This document shows positions 12,761 to 27,882 of a DNA stretch of 64,000 bases, piece by piece (within the stretch, counting starts at the first letter, position 1; every line of letters begins with the position of its first letter). The stretch is from positions 25,234,001-25,298,000 of the forward strand of contig OZ024751.1 in NCBI GenBank assembly GCA_964016885.1. Direction: 5' to 3'. The position numbers were made by a program, and so were the translations under genes. The notes beneath the pieces were generated by a model that saw only the letters and a list, made by a program, of their open reading frames with translations, was not told where the DNA came from and searched no databases. The stretch is from Eledone cirrhosa (taxonomy: Eukaryota).

Positions 12761-13613
12761 TTCTTGATAATATACACTGTTTTAATATATTTCCACTGTT
12801 GATATTATTGCTGGTAATATTATCTTTATACTAGATTGTAATCCAGCAACGCTCAACGGAACACAATTATTACGCTCCTTTGTACAGAAAGTTATTTAAC
12901 ACAATAATTGTGCGTTGCAACGTATTAGTGTCCCACACCTTTTTATGGCATTAACATTAACTGCAGGATGATATGGAGCACGTAATTGGCTCTCCCAATA
13001 ATCTACAGCCGACTTTAAATGATTGATTACCTTTAAATATTGAATATGATAGCAAGCAATAGATCTTGTTAGTCTATTTATTTCACACCATTGTTATAAA
13101 AACGGTGGAACTTTAGAGCATCACATAAATATCTTGTGGTATTTAATTACGGTTCAGATCCGTCTGAGACCAATTTTACCTTCCATTTTTCTGAAACTAA
13201 GAAAATACAGGTGTCAACTTGATGATCTATAACCCCCTTTTTAAAAATATAACAACTTTTGCCTATAGAAGAAAAAATCAACAATAATATTATGAAATGT
13301 ATGCAAAATCACAAAAAGATTGAACCTCCAACATTAAAACTGATTTTATTTTTGTAATATACCACTGATTAAATTTGTTGATTTTGATATCATCAACCTC
13401 ATTGTATCACTGGTATTGTGTATTGAAGCCTATTATTGATTCTGATTTTGTTTTGTGCATGCTTAATTGAATACAATATAGTAGATTAGTTATACTAACA
13501 GGTTTCATGATAAGGGGTGCTGTGATGGGTGTCACTTATTATTTCCAGTGTAAATAGAAATCTCTTCAATACATGTTTATTGTAAACAATATCAGGGTAG
13601 TGTGTTATATATA

Positions 13614-13687
<74 letters not shown>

Positions 13688-14014
13688 AATGGAAGTTTAG
13701 TAAAATCGAAGCACAGCATATAGAAATAGCTGAAAATGATAAAATAATACAGTTATCCACTCGTTGAAACGACATGAGCTCAGCCGTCGGGTATATATAA
13801 TATTGCTCCATGAAGGTCGTGTCAGACGCCTGTTACTCTCCAGTATTCTTATATGATAAAGGTGTGATCAGACAATTGTTGCAATCAGTAAGACACTAGT
13901 AAATCTGTAATCTCTACAAGAACAAGTCACTCATTTGACCTTAATAAAACTATTAATCTCTTGTATGTTATACTCATCCTTGAAATGATGTTAAACACAT
14001 AGTAAGATATGCTG

Positions 14015-14079
<65 letters not shown>

Positions 14080-14329
14080 GGAGAGAGAGAGAGAGAGAGA
14101 GAGAGAAACAGTGTTGGATTGAGAGTGAGAGAGAGAGAGACTGAGAGAGGGGGGAAGAGATAGATAGATTGATAGAAAGATAGAGAAAAAGAGAAAGAGA
14201 TAGAGATAGGGACAGTCGAAGAGAAACGAAGAGAAAGACAGAGAAAGTGTGAGAAACAGTGCTAGAGTGGGAGAGAGAGTGAGAGAAAGAGATGGAGAGA
14301 GAGAGTGAGAGAGATAGAGATAGATGTGT

Positions 14330-14513
14330 GTTATATATAGTTGTGTTACTACTTCTATATATATATACAGTATTTTCCGCAGTGTTGTAATATAAATATT
14401 GAATGTCTGCATAACTAATACTTTGTAGATAGCAGCTGTTTTCAGGTTATGTAACTGTTATAGAAACACGTGTCAATAAATTCCTTTTAACTAAACTGTA
14501 TCCATTAAAATCC

Positions 14514-14569
<56 letters not shown>

Positions 14570-14593
14570 CTTATATATAGTTGTGTTACTACT

Positions 14594-14596
<3 letters not shown>
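14330..14596 (+). mobile_element. pLTR-like remnant with a hammerhead 3' half and direct terminal repeat
   Basis: GAAACACGTGTC-AATAAA at 14463-14480; ttatatatagttgtgttactacttct occurs at both 14331 and 14571; interrupted by (TA)n. Confidence 0.5.
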
Positions 14597-14648
<52 letters not shown>

Positions 14649-15520
14649 ATACACTCTTTGACTATATTTTTATATACCCCTTCTTTTAAATCATGTTAAT
14701 TTTGATTTCTATCTATAATTATTAATTTTTTTGTCTTACACTATAGCAAATTTTGCCTAGTAATTTGACCTCTTACACTTTGGTATGCATAGCCTGACCT
14801 TTACATATCATAATATTTTTTTATCTTACATTTTCTTAATCTTTAATTTCTAATATACATTTTTTACCTTTTCCACATTATCTTAATATACATCAACCCC
14901 CTCTAATTCTTATTTTCAATGATTTCTCATATATTAATGCTCTGGATTCATTTTACACAATATTTCTTTCCACACTTATATTCATCTTATTATTCTACCG
15001 TTAACAGTCTTCTTCATTCTTTTAAGTATTTAAAATTCTTTAAATATCTCATATCTGATTCTTGTGATTATCTCCCTTTCATCATAGTTATGTCCCTTAT
15101 GCCCCTTGCTATATTTGCTTGCCAGTTTCATCCATACTCCACATTTTCAAATGGTTAAATTCTTGAAATTTAAAATCTACTCTTATTCTACTTTCATCAT
15201 GTGGACGAGTGTACTTCATGTTTTATATTTATTGTAGTCCCTATTTTCAGTGATATGTCTTTTTGAATTTTTATGTTTATTATTTCTTTTCGACTCTCAA
15301 GAGGAGACCATATCAATCTTTTCGTTTCATTATCAATTACTATTATCGATCTTATAATCAATAATTATCATCTGTATGTGCAGCATGTTGATATGATTTC
15401 CGAAACAATTGTAAGCCATTAAATATATTTGTTCAAGAATTTGGTATTGTTTTCTCTAACATTTAAATTCCCTCTCGCTCCCTCTCTCCCTCCTCTCTCT
15501 CTATATATATATACACACAT

Positions 15521-15595
<75 letters not shown>

Positions 15596-15711
15596 AATTA
15601 TATGAATATATAAATAACATGTCACCAGTTATGCACCGTTATGTATTGGTTATCTGTGTATACTTATATCTTTTATTTTATTTTCAATGTCCATATCTAT
15701 CTATCTATCTA

Positions 15712-15748
<37 letters not shown>

Positions 15749-16194
15749 GTATATGTTTTATTCACTCCGTTTTACCTTACTTTCCTCTCATGTATAATCA
15801 TTGATTCTCATTTATGTTATTTTATCTCATTTCATGATTTCATATTTTGATATATTTCTTTTTATTCATATAGTTACGTGTAAATGTATGTATGCATTCG
15901 TGTTTCTGTGTGTATTTGCTTGTGTGTAGTTTTGCGAAGTTTTGATTTTTTAAAAATCTGTTTCCAGTCTATCTGTGATTTTTATAAATCAATTAAATTT
16001 TTGTGAAATAAAATCTATGTACTATTATTCTGTAACCTCAACGGAATGTAGATCATAAATGTGTAAAAATAGAACCAACACATTTCTAGACTATAGTTTA
16101 GCAAGTGCAAACATGAAATTTACGTTACTTGCCCTGAAGTTACGACCTCAAATAGATGTATATACATACGAGCATAGTACCAACACAGCCCGTG

Positions 16195-16234
<40 letters not shown>

Positions 16235-16284
16235 CGTTTCTGAATTTGTTTAGCAAGATTCTTTATCTGACCCTCCCAAAGTAT

Positions 16285-16322
<38 letters not shown>

Positions 16323-16458
16323 CAGGTGTTGTTTCAGAGCTCTTTTGGTCCATTCACGCCACCATGGGCTGTATAGCGCGCATGTTTTCTCTTTCCACCA
16401 TGTGTGTATACCAGTTATCTTATATATTTTTAGAAGTGTGGACCACATTGTTGGACAA

Positions 16459-16503
16459 CCTGTTGATCTACAATTCATTTGTGGCGAAACAGGCATGTCC
16501 AGG
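16459..16503 (+). ncRNA. Degenerate hammerhead motif
   Basis: cctg-TTGAT-ctacaa(ttcat)ttgtgg-c-GAAAC-aggcat-GTC-cagg. Stems I and II pair, but the CUGAUGA core is mutated or partly deleted. Confidence 0.5.
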
Positions 16504-16740
16504 TATTATAGTCTTAAACGGATGGTTTGTACATTTTAATTTATTCTTTTAATTGCTATGTATACTTCATTCCTTTCGTAGACAATATGTTTTTCAGAGG
16601 TGGTAATATATCCCCTATAATTGAACACATACGTCTTTGTGTATTTTTCTCTATATGCTGCCTCATCGAGAGCCCGGAATCTATTCCTTAAGCTCATTAA
16701 ATTATAGGGGATCAACGCGAGTCTTTAACTCCGTTTTTTA

Positions 16741-16789
<49 letters not shown>

Positions 16790-16998
16790 TAAAGAATCAG
16801 GAGCACGAAGTCTGAGCTCTTGCCCTTTCAAAAGCCAGTTCCAGCATGGCAGGCTGAATGAGTTAGGGGTCCAGAACCCTACATAACTTAAGTACCTATT
16901 TATGTCACTGTTGTAACTATTTATACCAAACTCGTCCTATGGACTGAGTGCGCTTACCCTTGGATATTTCTACCAAATGTTTACTATATATATATATA

Positions 16999-17054
<56 letters not shown>

Positions 17055-17157
17055 ATGTATGTGTGTGTATATATATATATATATACACACTATATATTAA
17101 CTTTCTATGCGCTTACCCTTGGATATTTCTACCAAATGTTTACTACATATATATATA

Positions 17158-17346
17158 TAATTGTTTCTACTTTAGGCACAAGGCCAGCAATTACCCAGTG
17201 CATTACTGGTACTTTATTTTATCGACCCCGTAAGGATGAAAGGCAAAGTCAACCTCGGCGGGATTTGAACTCAGATCGTAAAGGGACGTAACTATGCTGG
17301 AAAGCATGGCGTCAAACCCTTACCGATACTGCCAATCCACCGCCCT
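17158..17346 (-). mobile_element. SINE A
   Basis: Full-length reverse-complement copy. Confidence 0.9.
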
Positions 17347-17372
17347 ATATATATATATAATGTATATATATA

Positions 17373-17408
<36 letters not shown>

Positions 17409-17739
17409 TATATATATTCACTTCCTATAATCTGTATCACACTTACTCTCACTTTCACTCACACTCCACGTCTCTCTCTCTCCCTCTCTCTCCCTCTCTC
17501 TCACTCTCTCCAACTCTCTCTCTCTTTCTGCACATATATACATATATATATACATACATACATGTATACATACACACATGCACACATACATATACATCAT
17601 ACATACATCATACATACATACATACATGCACCATACGTATATATATATATCATATATAACGAGAGTAAAAGATTGAAAGATCAAAGTTTGTAAAATTATG
17701 CAAGGAAATTTTCAGGCTAAATACGTTTTATATTAGAAA

Positions 17740-17773
<34 letters not shown>

Positions 17774-17806
17774 GTGTGTGTGTGTGATGTGTGGTTATAT
17801 ATATAG

Positions 17807-17879
<73 letters not shown>

Positions 17880-17928
17880 TATATACATATATATATATAT
17901 GGATGTGTGTGTATATATATATACACAC

Positions 17929-17961
<33 letters not shown>

Positions 17962-18817
17962 CATATATATATATACATATATATATATATACATACACAT
18001 ACATAGGTACATATAAATATGTGTGTGTGTGCGCGTGTATCCTTATACAACAAACACACACATGCAAGTACGCCTTCATACATGCATGTGTGTGTATGTA
18101 TGTATGTGTGTGTTTGTGTGTATGTGTAGTGATGACAGAGAATCAACATAATAAAGTTATAGTAATTTCATATCCATTGAAATATGTCTACCATTAAATG
18201 GGTAACTATGGTCACTATGTTTTTTATATATGCAGTCCAGCACAATACAAGGCAAATATATTTCATTGTCTGTGTTTTGTGGATAGTAACATAACAGTGA
18301 TAACGTTTGCGTTATATCCACGTTTCAATGTATTTTTTAAAAATTGTCGAAAACGAGTAATTAGATTAGAATAAATTTTCCATAGAAATCAGGCAGCAAT
18401 GAATAGAAATTTTAGTTCTTATAGTAGGGTTTATTGCAAAATGTAATGTATGAAATTGTTTTTGATGTAGAAGATATTTGAAAACCATTGATCTCGCCAT
18501 CAATGACTTAGAAAAATAGCGCTACAATTACTGTTCACATAATCGTATACAACCAACTTTGCTACAATATTGTTATAAAGCATTTTTCATCAGCCTATAC
18601 ATTAGTATGACCGTTAATCACGTATCGTGTACTGTAGCATTGCTTTTCATTAAATATTAGGTTTGTAATAACTTTCGAATTATAGAGTTTGAACAATATA
18701 ATGGATTCTCCATTATAACATATTTGATGAATGCTATATCAGACCATAACTGATTTAGAATTGTAGATAGGTATTGTATTAACAGTTTGATATATATATA
18801 TATATATATATATATAA

Positions 18818-18850
<33 letters not shown>

Positions 18851-18940
18851 AAGTAAAGCATGTCCAGAGAATTAGTCATTGAGCCACATCGTGAAAAGGT
18901 GCAAACACACATATATACCTGTGACTTTGTTTAATTGGTG

Positions 18941-19024
<84 letters not shown>

Positions 19025-19229
19025 GGAAAAATTTGAACAGGAACAAAACAGAGAGGCAGTACAACGAATGTTTATTAATTTCACACTCTGGAGAGTGGGG
19101 TGATGTATATATATACTTATATATATATATATAGGGAGTGTAACTTGGAGTTACCCGCAGGTTCACCCAGGTGAGCACTCGATGTTTAGGTTGACTTCTG
19201 TGTTGAGGTGTAGAGCTATACAGAGTGTA

Positions 19230-19532
19230 ATATATTGAAAGGATAACAAGGACGATTGGTTACTTCTTCATTACATTTATTGGTAGGTGACGCTCGTTTC
19301 GCCACTGATCAGTTCAAGGTTCGATCTGTATCGATCATACCCGACTCAATAATCGGCAGCTCGACGGACCCTTTAAAATTTTCTTATACCATTTTAAAGG
19401 GTCCGTCGAGCTGCAGATTATTCAGTCGGGTAAGATCGATACAGATCGAACCTTGAGCTGATCAGTGACGAAACGCGCGTTACCTACCAATAAATGTAAT
19501 GAAGGAGTAACCAATCGTCCTTGTTATCCTTT

Positions 19533-19540
<8 letters not shown>
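19230..19540. mobile_element. ~310-bp fold-back pLTR-like element
   Basis: ~150-bp arms with scattered mismatches and a ~10-nt loop. Each arm carries GAAAC-g(a/c)gc-GT(C/T)-acctacc-AATAAA. Flanked by (TA)n. Confidence 0.8.
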
Positions 19541-19569
<29 letters not shown>

Positions 19570-20108
19570 GAGAGGTACGCACATATATATGTGCATACAT
19601 ACATACACATGTATATATACACATATTTTTTTCACAAGTATGTGAGTGTGTTTGCTGTCGACCTTAACCAGTGCTGCTCCATGATTACGAGAGTCAAAGG
19701 TAATCGAAATAATTAAATTGACTCGATATCAGAGCTATGTAACAAATTATAAAGTAAGAAATAATAGACTCAGGTATATACCTATTTTTTCATCAGTGTC
19801 TCGACTGTACAGTTTCGCTGGTCAGTATGCAACAATCCTACATCATAAAGATGCAGCATTGTTGTGAGGTAAGCCAGCTTTTCAAGGCAACTCCTCAGGG
19901 AAAGAGCGCTTCCAGACACGTCCGTAGCAAGCGAGAAAATCTCAAAAAGGCGGAGAGAGATATTATCAAATGATGCACCCGTCAAGAAAGGGGACTAAAT
20001 ATATATATATATATGTATGTATGATGTATGTATGTATGTATGTATGTATATGTATTTAGCTATACACATACATAAACACACACACACACATACACATACA
20101 CCGACGCG

Positions 20109-20167
<59 letters not shown>

Positions 20168-21209
20168 ACACACATACACACACAACACACACATATATAT
20201 ATATATAAATATATATCATTTGGCTGGAGTCGTGTGGTTGTAATTTTGTTTTGAAATTAAAAATTAAATTACGACTACAACTTTCCTAAAACATTCAATT
20301 ATTAGAAAATCTATTCCATAGGAAGACATTTCAGAAGCGTCTATAGCTGCCGTGCTTCTGTTTAACCTACATACAATTACGTAGGCATCAATTAATTACT
20401 TTCATCTATTGATTGTTAAATGAGAGGATTTAAAATTGCATTATAATCTAAGATAATCACTGATATCCCAATTAATTAATCATCCATTGCATAATTATAT
20501 CATTGTTTTCAGAAACCGTTTTGTGCAGGATAATTTGGTTGGAAGCGTCTAAATTCTTCAACCAAGGAATAATGATAATACTTCGCTCTGTTGACCTAAT
20601 AACAAATTCTTAACTCTCAAGTGACTGGCTTAAGATGTAATGTATTCTGACACGGTATCTCTTGTTCCTATTAAATTTAACAACCTTGTGTAGTAAGCCA
20701 CACTGGACAACAACAACGCTGTGTTTCTCGACGGACTGGCTAATTATCTTCAACCACTCAGTGAAATATGAAGAAACTCTGTAAAATACATAATCTAAAA
20801 GGACAAATGACACCTCAGTGTCAATAAAAAGTAAAGGTTATAACAGTGAGAAGGTATCTCAATAACTGTGAAACAATACTTTCAGACATAGTGTTAACGT
20901 TTGCTTGACTTTTCAAACATTTAACATCCATTTCATGTGAGAGAAACATTTAGTGTAACAATAGAGTTGGACTACTATTTAGAAAGATGCTGACAGCAGT
21001 GGAGAGTGGTCAACCCGAGGTAATTGTAAGAAAAACTTTTACAATTTAATGCATAGTGGGATAGAACTCGGGACTAACTGGCTGCGCCCAGAACTGAATA
21101 GTAAATAGCTATTAATAAATAGGTCTATCGTAAAACGAAATCCAATATAACGTTTATATCATTTTATGACGTCTAGGTAGCAGGTAAGAATGCTGCTGTA
21201 CTGTAAATT

Positions 21210-21382
21210 GGAGGCGTGTGGACTAGTGGTAAGGGTGTTGGAGCTACAGTCATAATATCGTGGGTTAGGTTCCTTGGATTGGTGTCCTGTCCTGGGGGGA
21301 GTCATGTACTCTGAGTTGCTTCACACCATGAAACTGGGTTAAGAACCGGCCTAATGATTCTTCTGGCTTAAGACAGATTGTA
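21210..21382 (+). mobile_element. tRNA-derived SINE (family B), internally deleted
   Basis: ggaggcgtgtggactagtggtaag (A box) and gggttaggttcc (B-box-like), followed by a non-tRNA body. Confidence 0.55.
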
Positions 21383-21698
21383 GTCTTAGATTTACATTTT
21401 ACTAATATGTCACGGAGTAGATTTTAAACCAGAACCAATCATTTGAACCTATGAACAAACAACTGAATTGTAAATAGACACAAGTTTATCTGCATGATAA
21501 AACCCACAACACAGACAATACCTCCTTGGTGATATTTCTACGTCGCAATTTCTTGAGTGTTAGTGAAAACATTTTTGACGCGCTGGCATATATCTGCCCT
21601 TAACACAAAGGAAAATATACATTAGCTGTTCACAATATCTATTGTGTTGTTTCTTTTGTTTTCCTTCTCGTTTTTGTCTTCTGTAATCGTTAATTATC

Positions 21699-21854
<156 letters not shown>

Positions 21855-21961
21855 GTGTGCATTTGCTTGTGTGCAATCGTGGGTGTTTCTGTGTGCTTAT
21901 AATACACACGCACACTAATGTACACACACACACACAAACATATATATATATTTATATATAC

Positions 21962-22021
<60 letters not shown>

Positions 22022-22396
22022 ACTTTCTGTGGATCTGATATAGGATATAATAAAAATCAATACGACTGATAATATGTGTATAACGCTTTCTAAGTGAAAA
22101 GTAAATCTATTGTAGTGAATATATTCTGAAATATCACTGAAAAAAAAATATTTCCAGCGTTATTAAATAAACGTCACTTCGACAAAACTCTTCTTATTTT
22201 TTCAGTAAAAACAATATATAAATATAGATACATTCAATGTTCGATAGTTCGATTACGAGGAACTTTTTTTATGGTTTTTGATACTTTATTCAATCGTTTG
22301 CGAGATATGTAACATGTTTTATTATTTTCTGTTTAAATTCTCATTTTCAATTGATTTCTGATAGATTTTATGGATTGAGATATTAATTTTAGATAA

Positions 22397-22552
<156 letters not shown>

Positions 22553-23489
22553 TAACATGTATCCCAGTACAACCTGTCTCATGGTCGGGTCGTTGGCGAC
22601 TAAACTGGCAACCCCACCAAGGTTTCTTGGTGAGGTGGGTGACTTTGGACATCCTGCAGGACTAAAAACAAAACCTGTCAAAGGGCAAGGGAGCTCTTAA
22701 GAGTCAATAGCCATCCAAAAATCACCGGGAGAGATTTTGTCAAGGCAGAATTCTAGGAGAAGGAAAACTCTGATATAACACCTGCAACCCCGATGGTATC
22801 CAATGATGTTGACTTTTCTTCTTTTTGGTAAATATCATCTTGGTTAAGAGAGTGGGACTGGCTTTGTGCAGTGCCTTTGCTCACTATAAAAGCTTCACAG
22901 CACAGGCATTGCTTTATATCTGGAGATCTCTCTGCACTTGTCATCACATGGTACCATGGGCCCAGCACTATGTGTCAATAATTGTCACAAGTGTAGTGTT
23001 TGTACCAGAGTTTTCAAGTCGCTGGCTGGACTAAAAAGTCACACTCGTTCAGCGCATCGGTAGGGGTTCTCCTACATAGATATAAAGTAGTGGCCGTACT
23101 CGAAAACGAGTTGGCAGCCACCATGTATGTATGTATGTATGTATGTATGTATGTATGTATGTATGTATGTATGTATGTATGTATGTATGTATGTATGCAT
23201 ACGACACACTCACACACAAACACTCATGTATACGAACAAACACATACACGCATTCACTTACACATACTAACACAAACGACATATATATATTTATATATAT
23301 ATAATATGAAGAGGGTGTTTAACTCCAACACACTCTAGTATTTTAATTCTTATATTTATATATATGGTAGTATAGATGTGGTAACTGCTGTCTTCTGAAG
23401 GCCTCGGTACAATTGAAGCTGTTAGTGTGTTGCTGTTTACATTTATCGTTTCGTTGTTGTTTTCATAAGTTTTGATCGATTTGACTGAA

Positions 23490-23678
23490 TAGTGGTAATG
23501 GTGGTAGTGGTGGTGGTGGTGGTGGTGCTGGCGGTGGTGGTGGTGCTGGTGGCGAAGTTGGTGGTGATGGTGATGGTGGTGGTGGTGGTGGTGGTGTTGT
23601 TGGTGTTGTTGTTGTTGGTGGTGGTGGTGGTGATGGTGGCGGTGGTGATGGTGGTGGTGGTGTTGTTGTTGTTGTTGG

Positions 23679-23738
<60 letters not shown>

Positions 23739-23803
23739 GATGGTGGTGGTGGTGCCGGTGCTGGTGGTATTGGTGATGGTGGTGGTGGTGGTGGTGATGG
23801 TGG
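23490..23803. repeat. Compound (GTG)n/(GTT)n microsatellite
   Basis: Direct inspection; source of the spurious polyQ/H, N/T and V/L ORFs. Confidence 0.95.
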
Positions 23804-24125
23804 GATGAACATTTTACCGACCTTCTTGACAACCCATAAGCGGTAAATTTTAGAAAGATAGAGGGCCCTCCTCAATGTGAAACAGTCCACCATATGGATC
23901 GACTTCCCTTTGCAGGTTAACTCCGGCTAGGCTCAATAAGAGACGGCAATCGTCTGTGAAAATGCTGCAATCCTTATGTATGTATGTTTGCATGCATACA
24001 TGCATGTATGTATGTATATATGTTAGTAAGTATTATGTATGTATTTATTATGTATGTATTTATGTATGTTTGCAAGCATGCATCTATGTATTTATACATG
24101 TCAGTATGTATATATGTATATGCAT

Positions 24126-24507
24126 TTTCTAAGGCGGGTAAAATTCCCGAGAACCACGGACGAGTTCTCTCCAGCGGTCTCTGTCCTTCATTATCGCTGC
24201 CATGTCCTGCGTCTCCAACAGACCAGTGTCTGTCCTTAGGGCATCAACATACGTTAACCTTGGTCTTCCTCTTCTAGTGTGTCCATGTATGGGCTCCCAA
24301 AGGAGCACTGAGTGCAATGTCAACTCTGGATGTGTGGATGGTGGATGGGTGCTACACGAGAATGCTGAGGATGGCTCTGAACATTAATCAGTATACACTG
24401 AGGATGAAAAACTCAGAGCTGTATGGGAGCATCCCAAAAGTCAGCTCAAAAGTGACACAGAGGAGACTGAGGTTAGCTGGACATGCTCACCGACATCCAG
24501 AGTTGAC
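24126..24507 (-). mobile_element. RTE-like LINE 3' end with 5' inversion
   Basis: 24130-24331 (-) encodes HPELTLHSVLLWEP..RGRPRLTYVD..DRDRWR; 24332-24508 (+) encodes the preceding ..RMLRMALNI..QRRLRLAGHAHRHPELT. TSD atgtatatgcat at 24114-24125 and 24508-24519. Confidence 0.85.
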
Positions 24508-24808
24508 ATGTATATGCATACGTATATATAACAGCAGGACCCCGCGTGTGTGTCAGATAAAAAGGGGTAACAACATGGTTATGACACTTGTTGATATTCC
24601 CCAACTGATGAATATCTCACATAAAATGATATTGATATCTATATTAATAATATGGACAACCAGGAGATTCCAATTGGTGGTGATTCTCTGAAGGATATAA
24701 GGGGACGATTTGAGTGCGATTCATGATGAAAGGCAAAGTTGATATTTGGTGGCATTTGAACTCATATCGTAGGGATCCGGATAAAATACTCTGAAGCGTT
24801 CAAACTAA

Positions 24809-25385
24809 TAATTGTTTCTACTTTAGGCACAAGGCCAGCAATTACCCAGTGCATTACTGGTACTTTATTTTATCGACCCCGTAAGGATGAAGATGAAAGG
24901 CAAAGTTAACCTTGGCGGGATTTGAACTCAGAATGGAAAGGGCCGTAACTCTATACGTCAAAGCATGGCGTCCGACCCTCTACCAATACTGCCAATCCTG
25001 ATAATTGTTTCTATTTTAGGCACAAGGCCAGCAATTACCCAGTACATTACTGGTATTTTATTTTATCGACTCCGTAAGGATGAAAGGCAAAGTCAACCCC
25101 AGCAGGATTTGAACTCAGATCGTAAAGGGACGTAACTATGCTGGAAAGCATGGCGTCCGACCCTCTACCCATACTGCCAATTCACCGCCCTATCCTAATA
25201 ATTGTTTCTACTATTGGCACAAGGCCAGCAATTACCCAGTACATTACTGGTACTTTATTTTATCGACCCCGTAAGGATGAAAGGCAAAGTTAACCTCGGC
25301 GGGATTTGAACTCAGAATGGCAAGGGCCGTAACTCTATGCGTCAATGCATGGCGTCCAACCCTCTACCGATACTGCCAATTCACC
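24809..25385 (-). mobile_element. Head-to-tail trimer of SINE A
   Basis: Three full copies (~24809-24998, 25002-25190, 25199-25385), plus a degenerate copy at ~24700-24800. Confidence 0.9.
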
Positions 25386-25781
25386 TATCCTAATAATATA
25401 ACATGTTTAGCTAATTCGCTACTAAAATCATTTATACAAATCCACTGAAACAATTTCTTTGTTAGAGAAAATTATCGTTATATACACCAGGCTAATGTTT
25501 TGGTTCTTGCATATAAAACAGTCTTCGATTGTTTATCTGAAGCAACAACTTATCCGGCCTAAAAATGTGTTCCATTTATTCAATCTGTATAGTTAAGTAT
25601 AGTCTGACTGGAGAAAAGCTATTTGAACAGAATTTTACGTCTGTGAGATTGGAATGATATCACTTTTACATAAAATGGTACTATTCTTAGATTTATATGT
25701 ATATTTTCTCTCCTTCTTTTTCTCCTGCTCTCTCACTCTTTTTTTCTTTTTCTCGCTATATATATATACATATGTATATGT

Positions 25782-25812
<31 letters not shown>

Positions 25813-25884
25813 TAAAACAAAATGAAAACGAAATTTCATTTCTCACTCTTATACACATATATATACAGCATATGTATATACACA

Positions 25885-25943
<59 letters not shown>

Positions 25944-25964
25944 CATATGTATATACACACAGAT

Positions 25965-26130
25965 GTATTTGAATTATGTCTCATATAAAATAATACAACT
26001 GGCTATCCGCAAAATACGTATAGTTAGCACCCCAAACCTATAATTGGGATTATACTAAGGTATATCCTAATGTTTGTTGAGTGAGACGGAAGCCGGTCGG
26101 AGTATTGCTTAAAGCTTTCTCTGTTAATGT
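25965..26130. mobile_element. Dispersed ~170-bp repeat between (TA)n tracts; inverted copy at ~60633-60792
   Basis: ataaaataatacaactgg..gttagcaccccaaac matches the reverse complement at 60716-60785. Confidence 0.6.
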
Positions 26131-26132
26131 AT

Positions 26133-26179
<47 letters not shown>

Positions 26180-26219
26180 CATATGTATATACACATAAAT
26201 GTATATATATATATATATA

Positions 26220-26389
26220 CAATTGTTTCTACTTTTGGCACAAGGCCAGCAATTATCTCAATGTATTACTGGTACTTTATTTTATCGACCCCGTAAGGAT
26301 GAAAGGCAAAGTTAACCTCGGCGGGATTTGAACTCAGACCGTAAAGGGACGTAACTATGCTAGAAAGCATGGCGTTCAACCCTCTACCG
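26220..26389 (-). mobile_element. SINE A
   Basis: Reverse-complement copy lacking the extreme 5' end. Confidence 0.88.
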
Positions 26390-26791
26390 CGTAGTGTAGT
26401 ATCTCATGCAGCTTATCAATACTCTCTTTCTCTCTCTCTCATGTACATACACATATATAGCACCTTTGTAACATCCCGATCTCCTCATATATTTGGTGAA
26501 AATATTTTGGTTAGATGTTTATATATATTTTCATTCTATTTACAGGAATTTTTTCCCATATTTTTTTTTGTGAAGTCTTTGAAAATATTTCTTTTTCATT
26601 TTGAAATGAAGGCAAAACCTGTGAAGAATTTATAAATGGTTCTTGAGAATTATACCTGCTGCTTCAGTTTAATCTTTTTTGATTATAGAATTTTTCACAG
26701 ACTGTTTATGTATTTATTTATTGAAATGTTGCGAGGAATATGATACAGGTATCGGCTCGATTCCATTAGATTAGGTAAATAGATATACAGG

Positions 26792-26849
<58 letters not shown>

Positions 26850-26950
26850 TTTTTTCTTCTATATCTTCCGATGAAGTATTGAAGGACTAGCATTATTAAA
26901 GTCTCCTCCTATAATACCAAACGTTAAATTAATATATATATATATATATT

Positions 26951-27121
26951 TATTAAAATAACAGATTAAAGTTTAAGCAAAGAATATATATATATCAAAC
27001 ATGGCGTGCTGCGTGGTTGCACATGGGCTACATATGTATAAAATTAGTCCTTCATCAGTGAAAAAAAAAAAAAAAAAAGAAGAAGGATTCTTTGCTTAAA
27101 CTTTAATCTGTTATTTTAATA
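26951..27121. mobile_element. Short fold-back element (35-bp arms) with CUGAUGA half-motif in the spacer
   Basis: tattaaaataacagattaaagtttaagcaaagaat and its reverse complement. The spacer agtccttcatcagtg is shared with 47335-47349. Confidence 0.65.
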
Positions 27122-27212
27122 ATTATTTGCTCTACGGTTCTTATATATTTGATATATATTTATCCTTATCGAGCCCTCTTTGGATTTTAGTCTTGAAATT
27201 TATTATTATTAC

Positions 27213-27253
<41 letters not shown>

Positions 27254-27398
27254 ATTTAATTTAATTACATAATAAACTGCACAATATAATTATTCCATTA
27301 CCAAAGGTTCAGGAAACTAGACAATCTTAAAAGAAACGTCCAGTACGCTCATCAGATGAAATATGTATGTTATGGATATGAGATTTGAAATTAAGATC

Positions 27399-27448
<50 letters not shown>

Positions 27449-27469
27449 AATATATATATATTATGTATG

Positions 27470-27607
27470 TATCCCGGGTTCAATGGGTGGCGACCACAGT
27501 TAGTAAGGTACTCAATACATTAGTAGAGTGTAAATATCATGCTCGGTATAGAAAGGACTTCTACAGAACTAGAACTGATTCATTCAAAAGAAAACATCAG
27601 GAAAGCT
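27470..27607 (-). mobile_element. pLTR-like element family C with degenerate hammerhead (27557-27604)
   Basis: Minus strand: ctttc-CTGATG(t)-...-GAA(t)CAG-ttctagtt-CTGTA-gaag. Flank shared with 42430-42565 and 62208-62385. Confidence 0.6.
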
Positions 27608-27657
27608 ATATATATATATATTATTGTTCTACAGTATTACTCACCCTCTACATTATA

Positions 27658-27776
<119 letters not shown>

Positions 27777-27882
27777 ATACTGTAGAACAATACTGTAGAA
27801 CAATAAAACCCTGCATATATCAGATAAGTAGCACTCAACAGTTGGTAGAACTGGAGTATATATACATATATATATATATATA

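Noticed and set aside
14700-15200. Possible decayed retroelement coding sequence on the minus strand
   Set aside because: Purine-biased, but no motif could be identified reliably.
19788-19800. Isolated CTGATGA on the minus strand (also ~18590, ~27350)
   Set aside because: No matching GAAAC/GUH half or stems; a 7-mer is expected several times by chance in 64 kb.
23291-23893. PolyP/Q/H ORF as a transcription-factor-like protein
   Set aside because: It derives entirely from a (GTG)/(GTT) microsatellite.
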